DNA of 64,000 bases from an uncultured Actinomycetota bacterium. GTDB lineage: Bacteria > Actinomycetota > Actinomycetes > CAVWCF01. The position numbers and the translations under genes were made by a program. The notes beneath the pieces were generated by a model that was not told where the DNA came from, ran no database searches, and was given only the letters and a program-made list of their open reading frames with translations. The DNA is taken from positions 160,001-224,000 of the forward strand of contig CAVWCF010000001.1 of assembly GCA_963753435.1 (NCBI GenBank), in the 5' to 3' direction. Below are positions 1-11,527 of the stretch, one piece after another; position 1 is the stretch's first letter, and every line of letters starts with the position of its first letter.

Positions 1-1162
1 GTCCGGGCACGACGTTCATGTCGTCCCCACAACGGCTGCCCTTCGCTTCGTCGGAGAGCCCACCTGGGCTGCCCTTTCGGGAAATCCGGTCGGCACCGAC
101 GTATTCGAGGATGTCCACTCCGTTCCCCACGTGCGGCTGGGGCAACGGGCCGATTTGGTTCTGGTCGCGCCGGCGACGGCGGACCTGATTGCCAAGGCTG
201 CAGCCGGCCTGGCCGGTGATTTGCTCGGCAACATCTTGCTGACCGCCCGTTGTCCGGTCGTCTTTGCGCCGGCCATGCACACAGAAATGTGGGAGCACCC
301 GGCCACCCGGGCCAACGTGGCGACCTTGCGTGACCGCGGCGTGATCGTCCTGGAGCCCGCCAGTGGGCGGTTGACCGGCAGCGACACTGGGCCTGGTCGC
401 CTTCCCGAGGCGGTCGAGATCTTCGATGCTGCGCGCGCTTTGCTTGCCAGGCCGAGTGCGGAGGCGGACCTCCACGGCCGCAGCGTCGTGGTTAGCGCCG
501 GCGGGACACGCGAGCCCATCGACCCGGTGCGATTCCTGGGAAACCGGTCATCCGGACGTCAGGGATTCGCTTTGGCGGCGGCTGCGGCCCGGCGGGGAGC
601 TGAAGTGACTTTGGTGGCGGCAAACACCCATTTGCCCGTACCTGCCGGGGTGCGGTTGGTGGCGGTCGAGACCGCTGCACAGATGCGCTCAGCGGTGCTC
701 GCAGCCGCCGATCACGCCGACGCGGTTGTAATGGCTGCCGCCGTGGCGGACTTCCGTCCGGTTGTGGTGGCCGAGCACAAGGTGAAGAAGACGGGTGCAG
801 AGCCCGCACCGCTGCGGTTGGAGCGCACGGATGACGTGTTGGCGGCGCTGGTCGAGCGACGGGGCGCCGGACAAGTGCTGGTCGGGTTCGCCGCGGAGAC
901 CCCACAGCCAGATCTCGGCGTTGAGGAGTTGGGCCGGGCGAAACTGGCGGCCAAAGGGTGCGACCTGCTCGTGGTCAACGAGGTAGGCCCGGACAAGGTC
1001 TTCGACAAGCCCGACACCGAGGCGGTGATCCTCGGTTCCGACGGGACGCGGATCGAATCCGGTCCCGGGCCCAAGGAAGCCCTGGCCGATTTGGTTTGGG
1101 ATGCCGTTGTGGCTCGGTGGTCCGGCCCCACGGACCAGGTGGTGACGTCTCCCGTTGAGTGA
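1..1162 (+). CDS. coaBC: Bifunctional phosphopantothenoylcysteine decarboxylase/ligase (5'-truncated by window edge)
   Basis: Frame open from base 2 (SGHDVHVVPT...); motifs APATAD, PAMHTEMW, SAGGTREPIDPVRFLGNRSSG, VGFAAET. Confidence 0.95.
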   Translation, partial: SGHDVHVVPTTAALRFVGEPTWAALSGNPVGTDVFEDVHSVPHVRLGQRADLVLVAPATADLIAKAAAGLAGDLLGNILLTARCPVVFAPAMHTEMWEHPATRANVATLRDRGVIVLEPASGRLTGSDTGPGRLPEAVEIFDAARALLARPSAEADLHGRSVVVSAGGTREPIDPVRFLGNRSSGRQGFALAAAAARRGAEVTLVAANTHLPVPAGVRLVAVETAAQMRSAVLAAADHADAVVMAAAVADFRPVVVAEHKVKKTGAEPAPLRLERTDDVLAALVERRGAGQVLVGFAAETPQPDLGVEELGRAKLAAKGCDLLVVNEVGPDKVFDKPDTEAVILGSDGTRIESGPGPKEALADLVWDAVVARWSGPTDQVVTSPVE

Positions 1163-1175
1163 CGGCGGTCGCAGT

Positions 1176-1181
1176 TAGACT
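1176..1181 (+). promoter_or_regulatory. Putative sigmaA -10 element (TAGACT) for metK
   Basis: TANNNT hexamer 60 nt upstream of the metK ATG; SD-like GAGAGG at 1227-1232. Confidence 0.5.
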
Positions 1182-1240
1182 CCGCCGAAGTTGATCGGGG
1201 CGCATAACGTCGGGGCGCAGTCCAACGAGAGGTGCATGAC

Positions 1241-2431
1241 ATGGGGCGGCTGTTCACATCGGAGTCGGTTACCGAAGGCCATCCCGACAAGATCGCCGAT
1301 CAGATCAGCGACAGCATCTTGGATGCCCTGCTCAAGGACGACCCAAGTGCCCGGGTCGCGTGCGAGACGCTTATCACCACCGGTCTGGTGCACGTCGCCG
1401 GCGAGGTAACCACCAGCGCCTGGGCCGACATCCCCGAAATCGTTCGCGAAGTCATCCTTGGTATCGGCTACGACTCCTCCAAGAAGGGGTTCGACGGAGC
1501 CTCTTGTGGTGTCAGCGTCAGCATTGACAAGCAGAGCCCGGACATCGCCGCCGGAGTGGACGACGCATACGAGGAGCGTGTCGATCACTCCGCGGACCCG
1601 CTGGACCGGCAGGGGGCCGGCGACCAGGGGTTGATGTTCGGCTACGCCTGCCAGGACACTCCGGAATTGATGCCGCTGCCGATCGCGCTGGCGCATCGAC
1701 TGTCCCGGCGCCTGGCCGTGGTGCGAAAGAGCGGTGAGATCCCGTACCTGCGGCCGGATGGCAAGACGCAGGTGACCATCGAGTACGACGGCGACACCCC
1801 GGTCCGCGTGGACACGGTGGTGCTGTCCACGCAGCACGCTGCCGACATCGACCTGGCCACACTGCTTGCGCCGGACGTGGCCGAACTGGTGATCCAGCCG
1901 GAGCTTGCCGCGTTGGACCTGGACACCGACTCCGTGCGCATGCTGATCAACCCCACGGGCCGGTTCGAGATCGGCGGTCCGCAGGGGGACGCGGGCCTCA
2001 CCGGCCGCAAGATCATCGTTGACACCTACGGCGGGATGGCCCGCCACGGCGGTGGCGCGTTCAGTGGAAAGGACCCGTCCAAGGTCGACCGGTCCGGTGC
2101 CTATGCGATGCGGTGGGTCGCGAAGAACGTGGTCGCGGCTGGTCTGGCCAAGCGCTGCGAGGTGCAGGTCGCGTACGCGATCGGCGCCGCTCACCCGGTG
2201 GGGCTGTTCGTCGAGACCTTCGGAACCGGGGTCGTGCCCGACGAGCAGATCCAGCAGGCAGTGTTGGCGGTTTTTGACCTCCGTCCGGCAGCGATCATCA
2301 GGGACCTTGACCTACTGCGTCCGATCTACTCCCAAACGTCCGCCTACGGCCACTTCGGTCGGGATCTGCCCGACTTCACGTGGGAGGCCACCACGCGCGC
2401 TGAGGCGCTGAAGGCGGCAGCAGGCAGCTGA
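1241..2431 (+). CDS. metK: S-adenosylmethionine synthetase
   Basis: [28 protein letters not shown] motifs; start placed at ATG 1241 behind SD. Confidence 0.98.
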   Translation: MGRLFTSESVTEGHPDKIADQISDSILDALLKDDPSARVACETLITTGLVHVAGEVTTSAWADIPEIVREVILGIGYDSSKKGFDGASCGVSVSIDKQSPDIAAGVDDAYEERVDHSADPLDRQGAGDQGLMFGYACQDTPELMPLPIALAHRLSRRLAVVRKSGEIPYLRPDGKTQVTIEYDGDTPVRVDTVVLSTQHAADIDLATLLAPDVAELVIQPELAALDLDTDSVRMLINPTGRFEIGGPQGDAGLTGRKIIVDTYGGMARHGGGAFSGKDPSKVDRSGAYAMRWVAKNVVAAGLAKRCEVQVAYAIGAAHPVGLFVETFGTGVVPDEQIQQAVLAVFDLRPAAIIRDLDLLRPIYSQTSAYGHFGRDLPDFTWEATTRAEALKAAAGS

Positions 2432-2474
2432 GCGGCCAACTGGACCTAACTGACGGCCGGACGCGGTACCGGAA

Positions 2475-4493
2475 GTGGTGCCAGAGGTTGTGCCAGACGT
2501 TGTGCCAGACGATGTGACAGACGAGCAGCTCAGCCTGGCCCTGCCGAAGCCGCGTCGGCGATCGAAGCCACGAGCGGCCGAAGCAACCGCGGCGGAGTTG
2601 CCCGTGGCCCGGGTGGCCGTCGACGTCTCGCTGCCGCACCTGGATCGACCATTCGACTACCGGGTGCCGCAGCGCCTCAGCGAAACCGCCATCCCCGGCG
2701 TACGCGTGCGCGTGCGGTTCGCGGGCGCCTTGCACGACGGCTACGTGCTCGAGCGAACTGCGGAGTCGGAGGTTGCCCGGCTGCAGCCGCTGGAACGGGT
2801 CATCTCGCCGATCCCGGTGGCAACGCCTGAAGTGCTGCAGTTGGCCCGGTCGGTGGCCGACCACTGCGCCGGAACTCTTGCCGACGTCCTGCGCCTTGCG
2901 GTCCCGCCCCGGCACGCCACATCCGAACGGCAACCGCCGGTCGGGCCGGCCGCGCTGTTGGACCCCCCGCCGGCTGGTGTCTGGACGGACTACGACGGCG
3001 GAGCCGGGTACCTGTCGGCCTTGGTTGCGGACGGGCCGGCGCCGCGCGCGTCCTGGCAGGCGCTTTCCGGTCATGGGATGGCGGGGCTGGCAACGGCCGC
3101 GGCCACTGTCGCCGCTGCTGGTCGTGGCGTGTTGATCGTGCTGCCGGATCAGCGCGACGTAGATCTGTGCGGGTCGGCGCTTGCAGAGGTCATGGCGCCG
3201 GGGGCCTGGACGTCCCTGACGCATTCGTTGGGCCCCGCCGAGCGATACCGCCGATTTCTGGCCGTGCTGCGCGGAGATCACCGCTGCGTGATCGGTACTC
3301 GGGCCGCGGGCTTCGCACCAGTTTCCGATCTCGGCCTGATCGCGGTCTGGGACGACGGGGACGACGCGTTGAGCGAACCCCGGTCGCCCTACCCCCATGC
3401 CCGCGACGTTGCCGCCATCCGCGCCCATCAGGGCGGTTGCGCCCTACTTCTGGCTGGTCACGCGGTCAGCACTGACACGGCGCGACTGCTGGAGACGGGT
3501 TGGCTGCGTCCGATCCGGGCCGCAAGGTCCACCGTTCGTGCGCAAACCGCCCGTGTCCGTGTCGTTGGTGACGAGACCGCATCGGACCCGCACGCGCGAG
3601 CGGCCCGCGTCCCAGAGGCGGCGTGGCGGGGGATTCGTAAGGGGCTGGCGTCCGGGCCGGTCCTGGTGCAAACCCCGCGAGCCGGTTATTGGCCCGGGCT
3701 GGCGTGCCGGGGTTGCCGTAGTGCTGCGCGGTGCACGACCTGCTCCGGCCCGCTGGTGGCGGGGTCAGGGCATTCGATCCCGAGTTGTCGGTGGTGCGCC
3801 CGCCCAGCCGGAGCGTGGGCCTGCCCATCCTGCGGGGACACCCGCTGGCGCGCGACCGTCGCCGGAGCCACTCGCACTGCCGAAGAACTCGGGCGGGCGT
3901 TCGCCGGTGTGCGCGTGCGCACTTCGACCGCGGAGCGAGCGCTCGCGCATGTTCCAGATGACCCGGTGTTGGTGGTTTCGACCCCTGGAGTCGAGCCAGT
4001 AGCTGCTGGTGGGTACGCCGCTGCGGTGTTTCTCGATGCCGACCTGGTGCTGTCGCGCGCCGCACTGCGAGTTGACGAGGAGGCGCTGCGTCGGTGGTTG
4101 AACGCGGCCGCGCTGGTTCGCCCTTCGGGAGAAGTGCTGGTCGTGGGCGACTCGGCCTGGGCGCCGGTGCAAGCGCTGGTCCGTTGGGATCCGGAGGGGT
4201 TCGCGAATCGCGAACTCGCAAGCCGGGCGGAGTTGGGGCTGCCACCGGCGCGGCGGGCAGCGGTCCTGACCGGCGCCCCGGACGTCTTGGCGCGCGCCTG
4301 CGCCGACCTGCCCGGTTCCGCACGAGTCCTCGGGCCGGTCGCCGACGGGGAGGGTCGGGATCGGTCGATCGTGACGGTGCAGTGGTCCGAGAGCGCGCAA
4401 CTGGCGCGGCACTTGCATGATGCGCAGGCCGTGGCGACGGCGCGAAAGGAAGGTCCACTTAGCGTGCGCCTGGACCCGGACGACTTGGCCTGA
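2475..4493 (+). CDS. priA: Primosomal protein N' (actinobacterial type, degenerate helicase motifs); true start may be GTG 2514
   Basis: LDRPFDY 3'-DNA-binding domain, VIGTR, four CxxC pairs; position between metK and def/fmt. Confidence 0.92.
   Translation: MVPEVVPDVVPDDVTDEQLSLALPKPRRRSKPRAAEATAAELPVARVAVDVSLPHLDRPFDYRVPQRLSETAIPGVRVRVRFAGALHDGYVLERTAESEVARLQPLERVISPIPVATPEVLQLARSVADHCAGTLADVLRLAVPPRHATSERQPPVGPAALLDPPPAGVWTDYDGGAGYLSALVADGPAPRASWQALSGHGMAGLATAAATVAAAGRGVLIVLPDQRDVDLCGSALAEVMAPGAWTSLTHSLGPAERYRRFLAVLRGDHRCVIGTRAAGFAPVSDLGLIAVWDDGDDALSEPRSPYPHARDVAAIRAHQGGCALLLAGHAVSTDTARLLETGWLRPIRAARSTVRAQTARVRVVGDETASDPHARAARVPEAAWRGIRKGLASGPVLVQTPRAGYWPGLACRGCRSAARCTTCSGPLVAGSGHSIPSCRWCARPAGAWACPSCGDTRWRATVAGATRTAEELGRAFAGVRVRTSTAERALAHVPDDPVLVVSTPGVEPVAAGGYAAAVFLDADLVLSRAALRVDEEALRRWLNAAALVRPSGEVLVVGDSAWAPVQALVRWDPEGFANRELASRAELGLPPARRAAVLTGAPDVLARACADLPGSARVLGPVADGEGRDRSIVTVQWSESAQLARHLHDAQAVATARKEGPLSVRLDPDDLA
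2478..2525 (+). repeat. Four imperfect 12-bp tandem repeats GTG(C/A)CAGA(C/G)GWK at the priA 5' end
   Basis: gtgccagaggtt gtgccagacgtt gtgccagacgat gtgacagacgag. Confidence 0.85.
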
Positions 4494-4551
4494 GTCGCCG
4501 CAGCGCCTGCCACTTAGACTCTGGCACCGTCGCCGACTTCTGGAGCAGTGC

Positions 4552-5094
4552 GTGAGCGTTCAACCCATCAGGTTCTTCGGCGACCCGGTGCTGCGCACTC
4601 CCGCGACCGAGGTAGTCGACTTCGACGCGGAACTGCGCCGGCTGGTTCGCGACCTCACCGACACCATGCTGGAGTCGGCCGGTGTCGGGCTGGCGGCCCC
4701 GCAGATCGGCGTCGGGCTTCGGGTGTTCACTTACAACGTCGAGGGTGTTGTCAGCCACCTGATCAACCCCAGCCTCGACCTCTCCGACGAGACCGCGATC
4801 GATGATGAAGGCTGCCTGTCCTTCCCGGGCCTGTACTACCCGACGCAACGTTCGACGAACGTGATCGCGACCGGATTCGACATGTACGGCGAGCCGGTCC
4901 GGCTTGAAGGCAGCGACCTGCTGGCCAGATGCATCCAGCACGAGACCGATCACCTGGACGGTGTGTTGTTCATCGACCGCCTGGACCGCGACCAGCGCAA
5001 GTTGGCGATGAAGGCCATCCGGGAGTCGGAGTGGTTCGGCGCACCGCCGACGGTGAAGGTGAGCCCGCACCCGACCGGCGGGCTGGCGCTGTAG
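4552..5094 (+). CDS. def: Peptide deformylase
   Basis: GVGLAAPQIG, EGCLS, QHETDHLDG motifs; GGAG SD before GTG 4552. Confidence 0.97.
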   Translation: MSVQPIRFFGDPVLRTPATEVVDFDAELRRLVRDLTDTMLESAGVGLAAPQIGVGLRVFTYNVEGVVSHLINPSLDLSDETAIDDEGCLSFPGLYYPTQRSTNVIATGFDMYGEPVRLEGSDLLARCIQHETDHLDGVLFIDRLDRDQRKLAMKAIRESEWFGAPPTVKVSPHPTGGLAL

Positions 5095-6021
5095 ATGAGA
5101 TTGCTATTCGCCGGGACCCCTGCGGTTGCCCTGCCTAGCCTCGAGGCGCTGCTGAACAGCCCCCGCCACGAAGTGATTGCGGTGTTGACGAGACCGGACG
5201 CTCCGGCCGGTCGTGGCCGCAAGCTGACGCCGTCGCCAGTGGCGCAGCGCGCGGAGGAGGCCGGCGTCGAAGTGCTCAAGTTCGCCAAGCCCCGCGACCC
5301 CGAATTCCTCGCCCGCCTGTCGGAGTTGGCTCCGGATGCGGCGCCGATCGTCGCCTACGGCGGTCTCATCCCCGCTGCCGCGCTGACCGTGCCGAGGCAC
5401 GGGTGGGTCAACCTGCACTTCTCGCTGCTGCCGGCGTGGCGAGGTGCGGCCCCGGTTCAGCATGCGGTCCTGGCCGGGGATGAGATGACGGGAGCCGCGA
5501 CCTTCCAGTTGGAGGAGGGTCTCGACACCGGGCCGGTGTACGGCGTGGTCACCGAGCCGGTCAATCCGACCGACACCTCCGGGGACCTGCTGCAGCGACT
5601 CGCGGTCAGCGGCGCACAGTTGCTTCGCGCCACCCTCGACGGGATCGAGGACGGCACCCTGGCGCCACAGCCGCAGCCGGCCGACGGGGTTTCGCTGGCA
5701 CCCAAACTCACGCCGGCCGACGCTCAGGTCACTTGGACCGACCCGGCGCTGGCGATCGACCGTCGCATTCGCGCCTGCACGCCTGCCCCCGGGGCCTGGA
5801 CTCTGTTCCGCGGCGACCGCGTGAAATTGGGACCGGTGACTCTCGCTGCCGATGTCGCCCTGCCGCCGGGTCAGGTGCAGGTGTCCGGCTCGGTTCTCGT
5901 CGGCACCGCGACGAGCGCAGTGCGGCTTGGCGAGGTCCAACCGCAGGGCAAGAAGCCGATGCCCGCCACCGACTGGGCCCGGGGGATTCGGATCGAGGCC
6001 GGAGAGCGGTTGGGGCAGTGA
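5095..6021 (+). CDS. fmt: Methionyl-tRNA formyltransferase
   Basis: [26 protein letters not shown] motifs. Confidence 0.97.
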   Translation: MRLLFAGTPAVALPSLEALLNSPRHEVIAVLTRPDAPAGRGRKLTPSPVAQRAEEAGVEVLKFAKPRDPEFLARLSELAPDAAPIVAYGGLIPAAALTVPRHGWVNLHFSLLPAWRGAAPVQHAVLAGDEMTGAATFQLEEGLDTGPVYGVVTEPVNPTDTSGDLLQRLAVSGAQLLRATLDGIEDGTLAPQPQPADGVSLAPKLTPADAQVTWTDPALAIDRRIRACTPAPGAWTLFRGDRVKLGPVTLAADVALPPGQVQVSGSVLVGTATSAVRLGEVQPQGKKPMPATDWARGIRIEAGERLGQ

Positions 6022-7382
6022 CGGCCCGGGGCGGGCATGTCGACGCAGCCCGACGAGTAGCCCTGGACGTCATGTTGGCGGTCGCGGTACGCGACGCGTA
6101 CGCAAACCTCACCCTGCCCGGGGCCATCGCGGCCGCCGGGCTGGACGCTAGAGATGCCGCATTCACGACGGAACTGACCTACGGCGCCCTGCGCATGCGC
6201 GGTTTTCTGGACTTGGTCCTGGACGAATGTGTGGACCGGCCGCTCGCCGACTTGGATCCCGAGGTCCTGGCGGTGCTGCAGTTGGGGTCGCACCAGTTGC
6301 TCAACATGCGGGTGCCCCCGCACGCAGCAGTGTCCACCTCCGTGGATCTGGTCCGGACCGTTCGGGGGCGGGGGCCGTCGGGCCTGGTGAATGCGGTGCT
6401 ACGGCGCGTCGGTGCCACCGACCGAGACGGGTGGATCAAGCGGTTGGCACCGCGAGAGGAAGTGGATCCGCTGGGTCACCTGGCGGTTGCCGAAGCGCAC
6501 CCGCGCTGGATCGTGGAGGCGTTCCACGACGCGCTCGACCAGGACCTGTCCGAGACTCGCGCGGTGCTGCGAGCGAACAACGAGGCGCCGCAGGTCACGC
6601 TGGTCGCTCGCCCCGGCCGGGCTCAACTGGACGACCTCTTGGCCGTGGGTGCGGTGGCTGGGCAGTGGTCCCCCTTCGCTGCGCGCTACAGCGGTGACCT
6701 CAGCGCCGTCCCTGGTTTGGCGGCCGGTGACGTCGGCGTGCAGGACGAGGGTTCGCAGTTGGTGACCATCGCGGCGGCACAGGTTGACGTCGGGCAGGAC
6801 CAACGCTGGCTGGATCTGTGTTCCGGTCCGGGCGGGAAGGCGGCGTTGTGGTCGGGGATCGCCCGCGACCGTGGGGCCGATGTCGTGTGCGCGGAGAAAC
6901 GCGAGCATCGAGCGGCCTTGGTGCGTTCCGCGCTTGGCGGCATCGGGGCGGTCGTGGTCGCCGACGGTCGGTCCGGCCCCTGGCGGCCGGGAACCTTCGA
7001 CCGGGTGCTCGCGGATGTGCCGTGCACTGGACTCGGCGCACTGCGCCGCCGCCCGGAGGCGCGTTGGCGGCGCCATCCCGGCGACGTCGCCACCTTGGGG
7101 CCGCTGCAACGGGGCCTGCTTGCTGCGGCACTCGCGGCCGCCCGGCCCGGCGGCCTGGTCGCCTACGTGACTTGCTCGCCACACCTGGCCGAGACGGTTG
7201 AGGTGGTTAAGGCAGTGCTTGCAGCCCACCCGGGCACCGAGGTGTTGGACGCACGGCCGGCGTTCGGTCCGATTCCACACTTGGGCGATGGTCCCTTCGT
7301 GCAACTGTGGCCGCATCGGCATGGGACCGATGCGATGTTCTGCGCCTTGCTGCAGCGCGGTGGCGCCGAGCCGGACCGGTAG
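6018..7382 (+). CDS. rsmB: RsmB/NOP2 family 16S rRNA m5C methyltransferase
   Basis: NusB-like N-terminus, [29 protein letters not shown]; GTGA overlap with fmt. Confidence 0.93.
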   Translation: MTARGGHVDAARRVALDVMLAVAVRDAYANLTLPGAIAAAGLDARDAAFTTELTYGALRMRGFLDLVLDECVDRPLADLDPEVLAVLQLGSHQLLNMRVPPHAAVSTSVDLVRTVRGRGPSGLVNAVLRRVGATDRDGWIKRLAPREEVDPLGHLAVAEAHPRWIVEAFHDALDQDLSETRAVLRANNEAPQVTLVARPGRAQLDDLLAVGAVAGQWSPFAARYSGDLSAVPGLAAGDVGVQDEGSQLVTIAAAQVDVGQDQRWLDLCSGPGGKAALWSGIARDRGADVVCAEKREHRAALVRSALGGIGAVVVADGRSGPWRPGTFDRVLADVPCTGLGALRRRPEARWRRHPGDVATLGPLQRGLLAAALAAARPGGLVAYVTCSPHLAETVEVVKAVLAAHPGTEVLDARPAFGPIPHLGDGPFVQLWPHRHGTDAMFCALLQRGGAEPDR

Positions 7383-7391
7383 CCTCCGCGC

Positions 7392-8066
7392 GTGGGCGTG
7401 CAGATCTCTCCGAGCATCCTTTCCGCTGATTTCGCGCATCTGGCTGACGAGGTCGCCCGGGTGTCCCAGTCGGCGGACTGGGTGCACGTAGACGTAATGG
7501 ACAACCAGTTCGTCCCCAACCTGACTATCGGCCTGCCGGTGGTGGAGAGCCTGCAGAAATCCTCGAGCCTGCCGTTGGATTGCCATCTGATGATCGCCGA
7601 TCCGGATCGTTGGGCGCCCGGCTATGCCGAGGCCGGAGCTGGTTCGGTGACGTTCCATGTCGAAGCTGCCGCGGCGCCGGTGCGCCTGGCCCGAAACTTG
7701 CGGGGTCTCGGTGCCAGGGCGGGCCTGGCGTTGAAGCCGGCCACGCCGGTGGAGCCCTACGCGGACCTGCTGCCGGAACTGGACATGTTGCTCGTGATGA
7801 CCGTGGAGCCCGGATTTGGTGGCCAGTCCTTCCTCGACGTGTGTCTGCCCAAGGTGCGGCGGGCGCGGGAGCTGATCCGCCGCCACGGCGGTGACGTCTG
7901 GCTGCAGGTGGACGGCGGCGTGTCCGAAACGACCATCGAGCGCTGTGCCGAAGCCGGGGCAGACGTCTTCGTGGCGGGTTCTGCGGTGTACTCAGCTGAC
8001 GATGCCGACGCGATGGTTCGGCACCTGCGTTCGCTTGCGGAACGGGCCACGGCGCAACCGGTCTGA
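7392..8066 (+). CDS. rpe: Ribulose-phosphate 3-epimerase
   Basis: [29 protein letters not shown]; TAGCCT 6 nt before GTG. Confidence 0.97.
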   Translation: MGVQISPSILSADFAHLADEVARVSQSADWVHVDVMDNQFVPNLTIGLPVVESLQKSSSLPLDCHLMIADPDRWAPGYAEAGAGSVTFHVEAAAAPVRLARNLRGLGARAGLALKPATPVEPYADLLPELDMLLVMTVEPGFGGQSFLDVCLPKVRRARELIRRHGGDVWLQVDGGVSETTIERCAEAGADVFVAGSAVYSADDADAMVRHLRSLAERATAQPV

Positions 8067-8125
8067 GCTAGCGCCGGGCAGCGCTGTTTCGGTCCCTTTC
8101 GCAGCTCGTGGGACAATCGAGAATC

Positions 8126-9139
8126 GTGTTGACACCCACTGAGACCGCAGCGCTGGATCGCGCCGCAGCGCTAGCGGCGCGCGGGCGCGCAACGGTGTTC
8201 CCCAACCCGCCGGTCGGGTGCGTGGTGCTGGACGCCGACGGGGGACTGGCGGGCTCTGGGTGGCACCGGGAGGCCGGGACGGCTCATGCGGAGGTCCTGG
8301 CCTTGGCCGAGGCCGGCGAGCGAGCCCGGGGCGGCACCGCGGTCGTGACCCTGGAGCCGTGCCAGCACCACGGACGGACGCCGCCGTGCCACTCCGCGCT
8401 CCTGGCTGCGGGTGTCGCGCGAGTGATCTTTGCCGTTGCTGATCCGACGACGGCGGCCGGTGGCGGGGCCAAGGCCCTGGCGGAATCCGGGGTCGAGGTC
8501 GTCGGTCCGATCGGGCACGAACCCAGCCGACGACTCCTCGAGCCCTGGTTGACCGTGCAGCGAACTGGTCGCCCGTACGTGCACTTGAAGGTCGCTGCTT
8601 CGGTTGACGGCCGCGTTGCTGCCGCCGACGGCACCTCCCGCTGGATCAGTTGCGAGGCCAGCCGCCAGGAGGCGCACGCGCTGCGCGCCGACTGCGATGC
8701 GGTCCTGGTCGGTACCGGCACAGTGCTTGCCGACGACCCGGCGCTGACGGTTAGGCATGTTCCGGCGCAGCGACAGCCGCTTCGAGTAATCCTCGGCAAC
8801 CGGGATGTTCCGGCGGCGGCCAAGATCCTCGACACCGCCGCACCGACGGTTCAACTGCGCACGCACAACGTGAAGTCGGCGCTAGCCGACCTGATCGACC
8901 GCGGCGTGGGTTCCGTGCTGCTGGAAGGTGGACCGACTGTGTCCGGCGCGTTCCTGGCCGCCGGTGCCGTGGACCGGGTAACCGTCTTCTCCGCACCGCT
9001 ACTGCTGGGTGCGGGGACTCCGGCGGTGGCCGAAGCGGGCGTGTCGACTCTGCTGGACGGAATCCGATTCGACGTCGATGACGTGCATCGTTGCGGCGAA
9101 GACGTAGTAATCAGCGGGACGATCCGGCGGGCCAACTGA
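8126..9139 (+). CDS. ribD: Riboflavin biosynthesis deaminase/reductase
   Basis: PNPPVGC, HAE, TLEPC..PPC, EGGP; start placed at GTG 8126 after GACAAT. Confidence 0.95.
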   Translation: MLTPTETAALDRAAALAARGRATVFPNPPVGCVVLDADGGLAGSGWHREAGTAHAEVLALAEAGERARGGTAVVTLEPCQHHGRTPPCHSALLAAGVARVIFAVADPTTAAGGGAKALAESGVEVVGPIGHEPSRRLLEPWLTVQRTGRPYVHLKVAASVDGRVAAADGTSRWISCEASRQEAHALRADCDAVLVGTGTVLADDPALTVRHVPAQRQPLRVILGNRDVPAAAKILDTAAPTVQLRTHNVKSALADLIDRGVGSVLLEGGPTVSGAFLAAGAVDRVTVFSAPLLLGAGTPAVAEAGVSTLLDGIRFDVDDVHRCGEDVVISGTIRRAN

Positions 9140-9729
9140 TGTTCACCGGAATCGTCGAAGAGACCGGAACCGTGGTCTCGGTGCAGCCGAATGGCGATTC
9201 CGTACGTATGACCATTCGCGGCTCCTGCACCGCCGCGGCACCGCCAGGGTCTTCAATAGCTGTCAACGGCGTTTGCCTCACCGTGGCGGACAAACCCGAC
9301 GGTGACGTGGTCATGGACGTGATGGCGCAAACGCTGCGTGCCAGTGGCCTCGGCGACTTGACCGCCGGGTCGCAGGTGAACCTGGAGCGCGCGCTCGCGG
9401 CGGGCGGTCGGTTCGACGGTCACATCGTCCAGGGTCACGTTGACGGCGTCGGCAGGCTGTCGCAGCGGGAAAGCACTGAGCACTGGGACCGGTTGCGTAT
9501 TGACCTGCCGGACGAACTGTCTCGATACGTCGTCGCCAAGGGCTCGATCGCGGTTGACGGGGTGAGCCTGACCGTCTCCGATGTCGGCGTCGGTTGGTTC
9601 GAGGTGAACCTGATTCCGACCACTTTGGCCAACACAACGCTAGGGAGCCTGACCGTCGGCGCATCGGTGAATCTGGAAGTGGACGTGTTGGCCAAGTACG
9701 TCGAGCGGATGCTCGGGGAGCGACCGTGA
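9139..9729 (+). CDS. ribE: Riboflavin synthase
   Basis: MFTGIVE N-terminus, [19 protein letters not shown]; TGATG coupling. Confidence 0.97.
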   Translation: MFTGIVEETGTVVSVQPNGDSVRMTIRGSCTAAAPPGSSIAVNGVCLTVADKPDGDVVMDVMAQTLRASGLGDLTAGSQVNLERALAAGGRFDGHIVQGHVDGVGRLSQRESTEHWDRLRIDLPDELSRYVVAKGSIAVDGVSLTVSDVGVGWFEVNLIPTTLANTTLGSLTVGASVNLEVDVLAKYVERMLGERP

Positions 9730-11057
9730 AGGCCTGGAACGCACCGGCGTCGGCACCGCGGGTAATCGGAGACCCGGCCGCGCCCTCGGGTGCCCCCGCA
9801 GCCGCTACGGACGTGCCAGCTGAGTTTGAGTTCGACACGATTGAGCGCGCTGTCGTCGAATTGGCGGCGGGCCGCCCCGTGGTCGTCGTCGACGATGAGG
9901 ACCGGGAAAACGAGGGCGACCTCGTATTCGCGGCGTCCAAGGCAACGCCGGAGTTGCTCACCTTCATGATCCGGCACACGTCCGGGGTCGTATGCGTCCC
10001 GATGGAGGGCGAGGACCTGGATCGGTTGGCCTTGCCGCCGATGACCTCGGTCAACGAAGACCGCAAGCAGACCGCTTACTCGGTGAGCGTCGATGCCCGT
10101 GACGGAATCAGCACCGGGATCTCAGCTGCGGACCGGGCGCGCACGATTCGCGTGCTGGTGGACTCGGCAACCGAGCCGTACGAGTTGACTCGCCCCGGAC
10201 ACGTCTTCCCGCTACGGGCGGTTGAGGGTGGCGTGCTGCGCCGGCCCGGGCACACCGAGGCCGCTGTCGACTTGGCCCGCTCAGCCGGCCTGACGCCGGC
10301 GGGGGTCATCTGCGAAATCGTCAACGACGATGGCAGCATGGCCAGGCTGCCGCAGTTGGTTGCGTTCGCCCAGCGTCATGACCTGGCGTTCATCAGCATC
10401 GCCGACCTGATTGCGCACCGGCGACGCACGGAGCGCACGGTGGTGCGCGAGGCGGAGACCCTGATCCCGACTCGGCACGGGCAGTTCCTCGCAGTCGGCT
10501 ACCGCTCCACGCTCGACGGCGTCGAGCACGTGGCGCTCGTGGCTGGGGATATCGGGGACGGTTCGGATGTCCTGGTGCGAGTGCACTCCGAATGCCTCAC
10601 AGGTGACGTGTTCGGCTCGCAGCGCTGCGACTGCGGACCACAGTTGGACGCGGCCATCGCAGCCGTGGCTGCCGAGGGTCGCGGGGTGGTCCTGTACATC
10701 CGGGGCCACGAAGGCCGCGGCATTGGGCTATTGCACAAACTGCGGGCATACCAGCTGCAGGATTCCGGGGCGGACACCGTTGATGCGAACCTGCAACTTG
10801 GCCTGCCCGCTGACGCTCGCGACTACGGCACCGGGGCGCAGATCCTTGCCGACCTAGGGGTGCACTCGATGCGGCTGCTGACCAACAACCCCGCCAAGCG
10901 CGCTGGTCTGGAGGGGTACGGGCTAACCATCTCCCAGCGCGTGCCCCTGACCGCTGGGGCGACCGAACACAACGTTCGCTACCTGGCCACCAAACGGGAC
11001 CGTATGGGTCATCACCTGCCCGGCGACGAGGTGCAGCCAGAGAGCAGCCCGACGTGA
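9726..11057 (+). CDS. ribBA: DHBP synthase / GTP cyclohydrolase II (start 9726 or 9813)
   Basis: [36 protein letters not shown]. Confidence 0.96.
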   Translation: MKAWNAPASAPRVIGDPAAPSGAPAAATDVPAEFEFDTIERAVVELAAGRPVVVVDDEDRENEGDLVFAASKATPELLTFMIRHTSGVVCVPMEGEDLDRLALPPMTSVNEDRKQTAYSVSVDARDGISTGISAADRARTIRVLVDSATEPYELTRPGHVFPLRAVEGGVLRRPGHTEAAVDLARSAGLTPAGVICEIVNDDGSMARLPQLVAFAQRHDLAFISIADLIAHRRRTERTVVREAETLIPTRHGQFLAVGYRSTLDGVEHVALVAGDIGDGSDVLVRVHSECLTGDVFGSQRCDCGPQLDAAIAAVAAEGRGVVLYIRGHEGRGIGLLHKLRAYQLQDSGADTVDANLQLGLPADARDYGTGAQILADLGVHSMRLLTNNPAKRAGLEGYGLTISQRVPLTAGATEHNVRYLATKRDRMGHHLPGDEVQPESSPT

Positions 11058-11527
11058 GCGGCGCCGGAGCGCCGGTGGCCGGCGGGTTGAACGGTGGGCA
11101 GTTGCGGGTGGCCGTCGTTGCGGCCCAATGGCACACAGAGGTCATGGATGGACTTATCGCCGGGGCCCAACGCGCACTGGCCGCCGCCGGCGTGGCCGAA
11201 GTCAGCCTTGTTCGCGTTCCGGGCTCCTTCGAGTTGCCGCTGGTGGCGGCGACCCTGGCCGACTCGGTGGATGCGGTGGTCGCCCTGGGCGTGGTGATCC
11301 GTGGCGGTACCCCGCACTTCGAGTACGTGTGCGCAGCGGCCGCCGATGGCCTGGCGCGGGTGGCGCTGGACACCCGTACGCCCGTTGGGTTCGGGCTGCT
11401 CACTTGCGACAACGAGGCCCAAGCCCTCGACCGCGCCGGTCTGCCCGGGTCGGCGGAAGACAAGGGCGCCGAGGCCGCCAACGCGGCAGTGGCGACGGCG
11501 CTGGTGCTGCAACAACTGACCGAGTGA
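11054..11527 (+). CDS. ribH: Lumazine synthase
   Basis: [30 protein letters not shown]. Confidence 0.97.
   Translation: MSGAGAPVAGGLNGGQLRVAVVAAQWHTEVMDGLIAGAQRALAAAGVAEVSLVRVPGSFELPLVAATLADSVDAVVALGVVIRGGTPHFEYVCAAAADGLARVALDTRTPVGFGLLTCDNEAQALDRAGLPGSAEDKGAEAANAAVATALVLQQLTE

Noticed and set aside
6399-7886. Long antisense ORFs (also 10597-11829, 28599-30221, 45384-46556, 60318-61511 and others)
   Set aside because: Shadow frames of high-GC genes; no motifs or start signals
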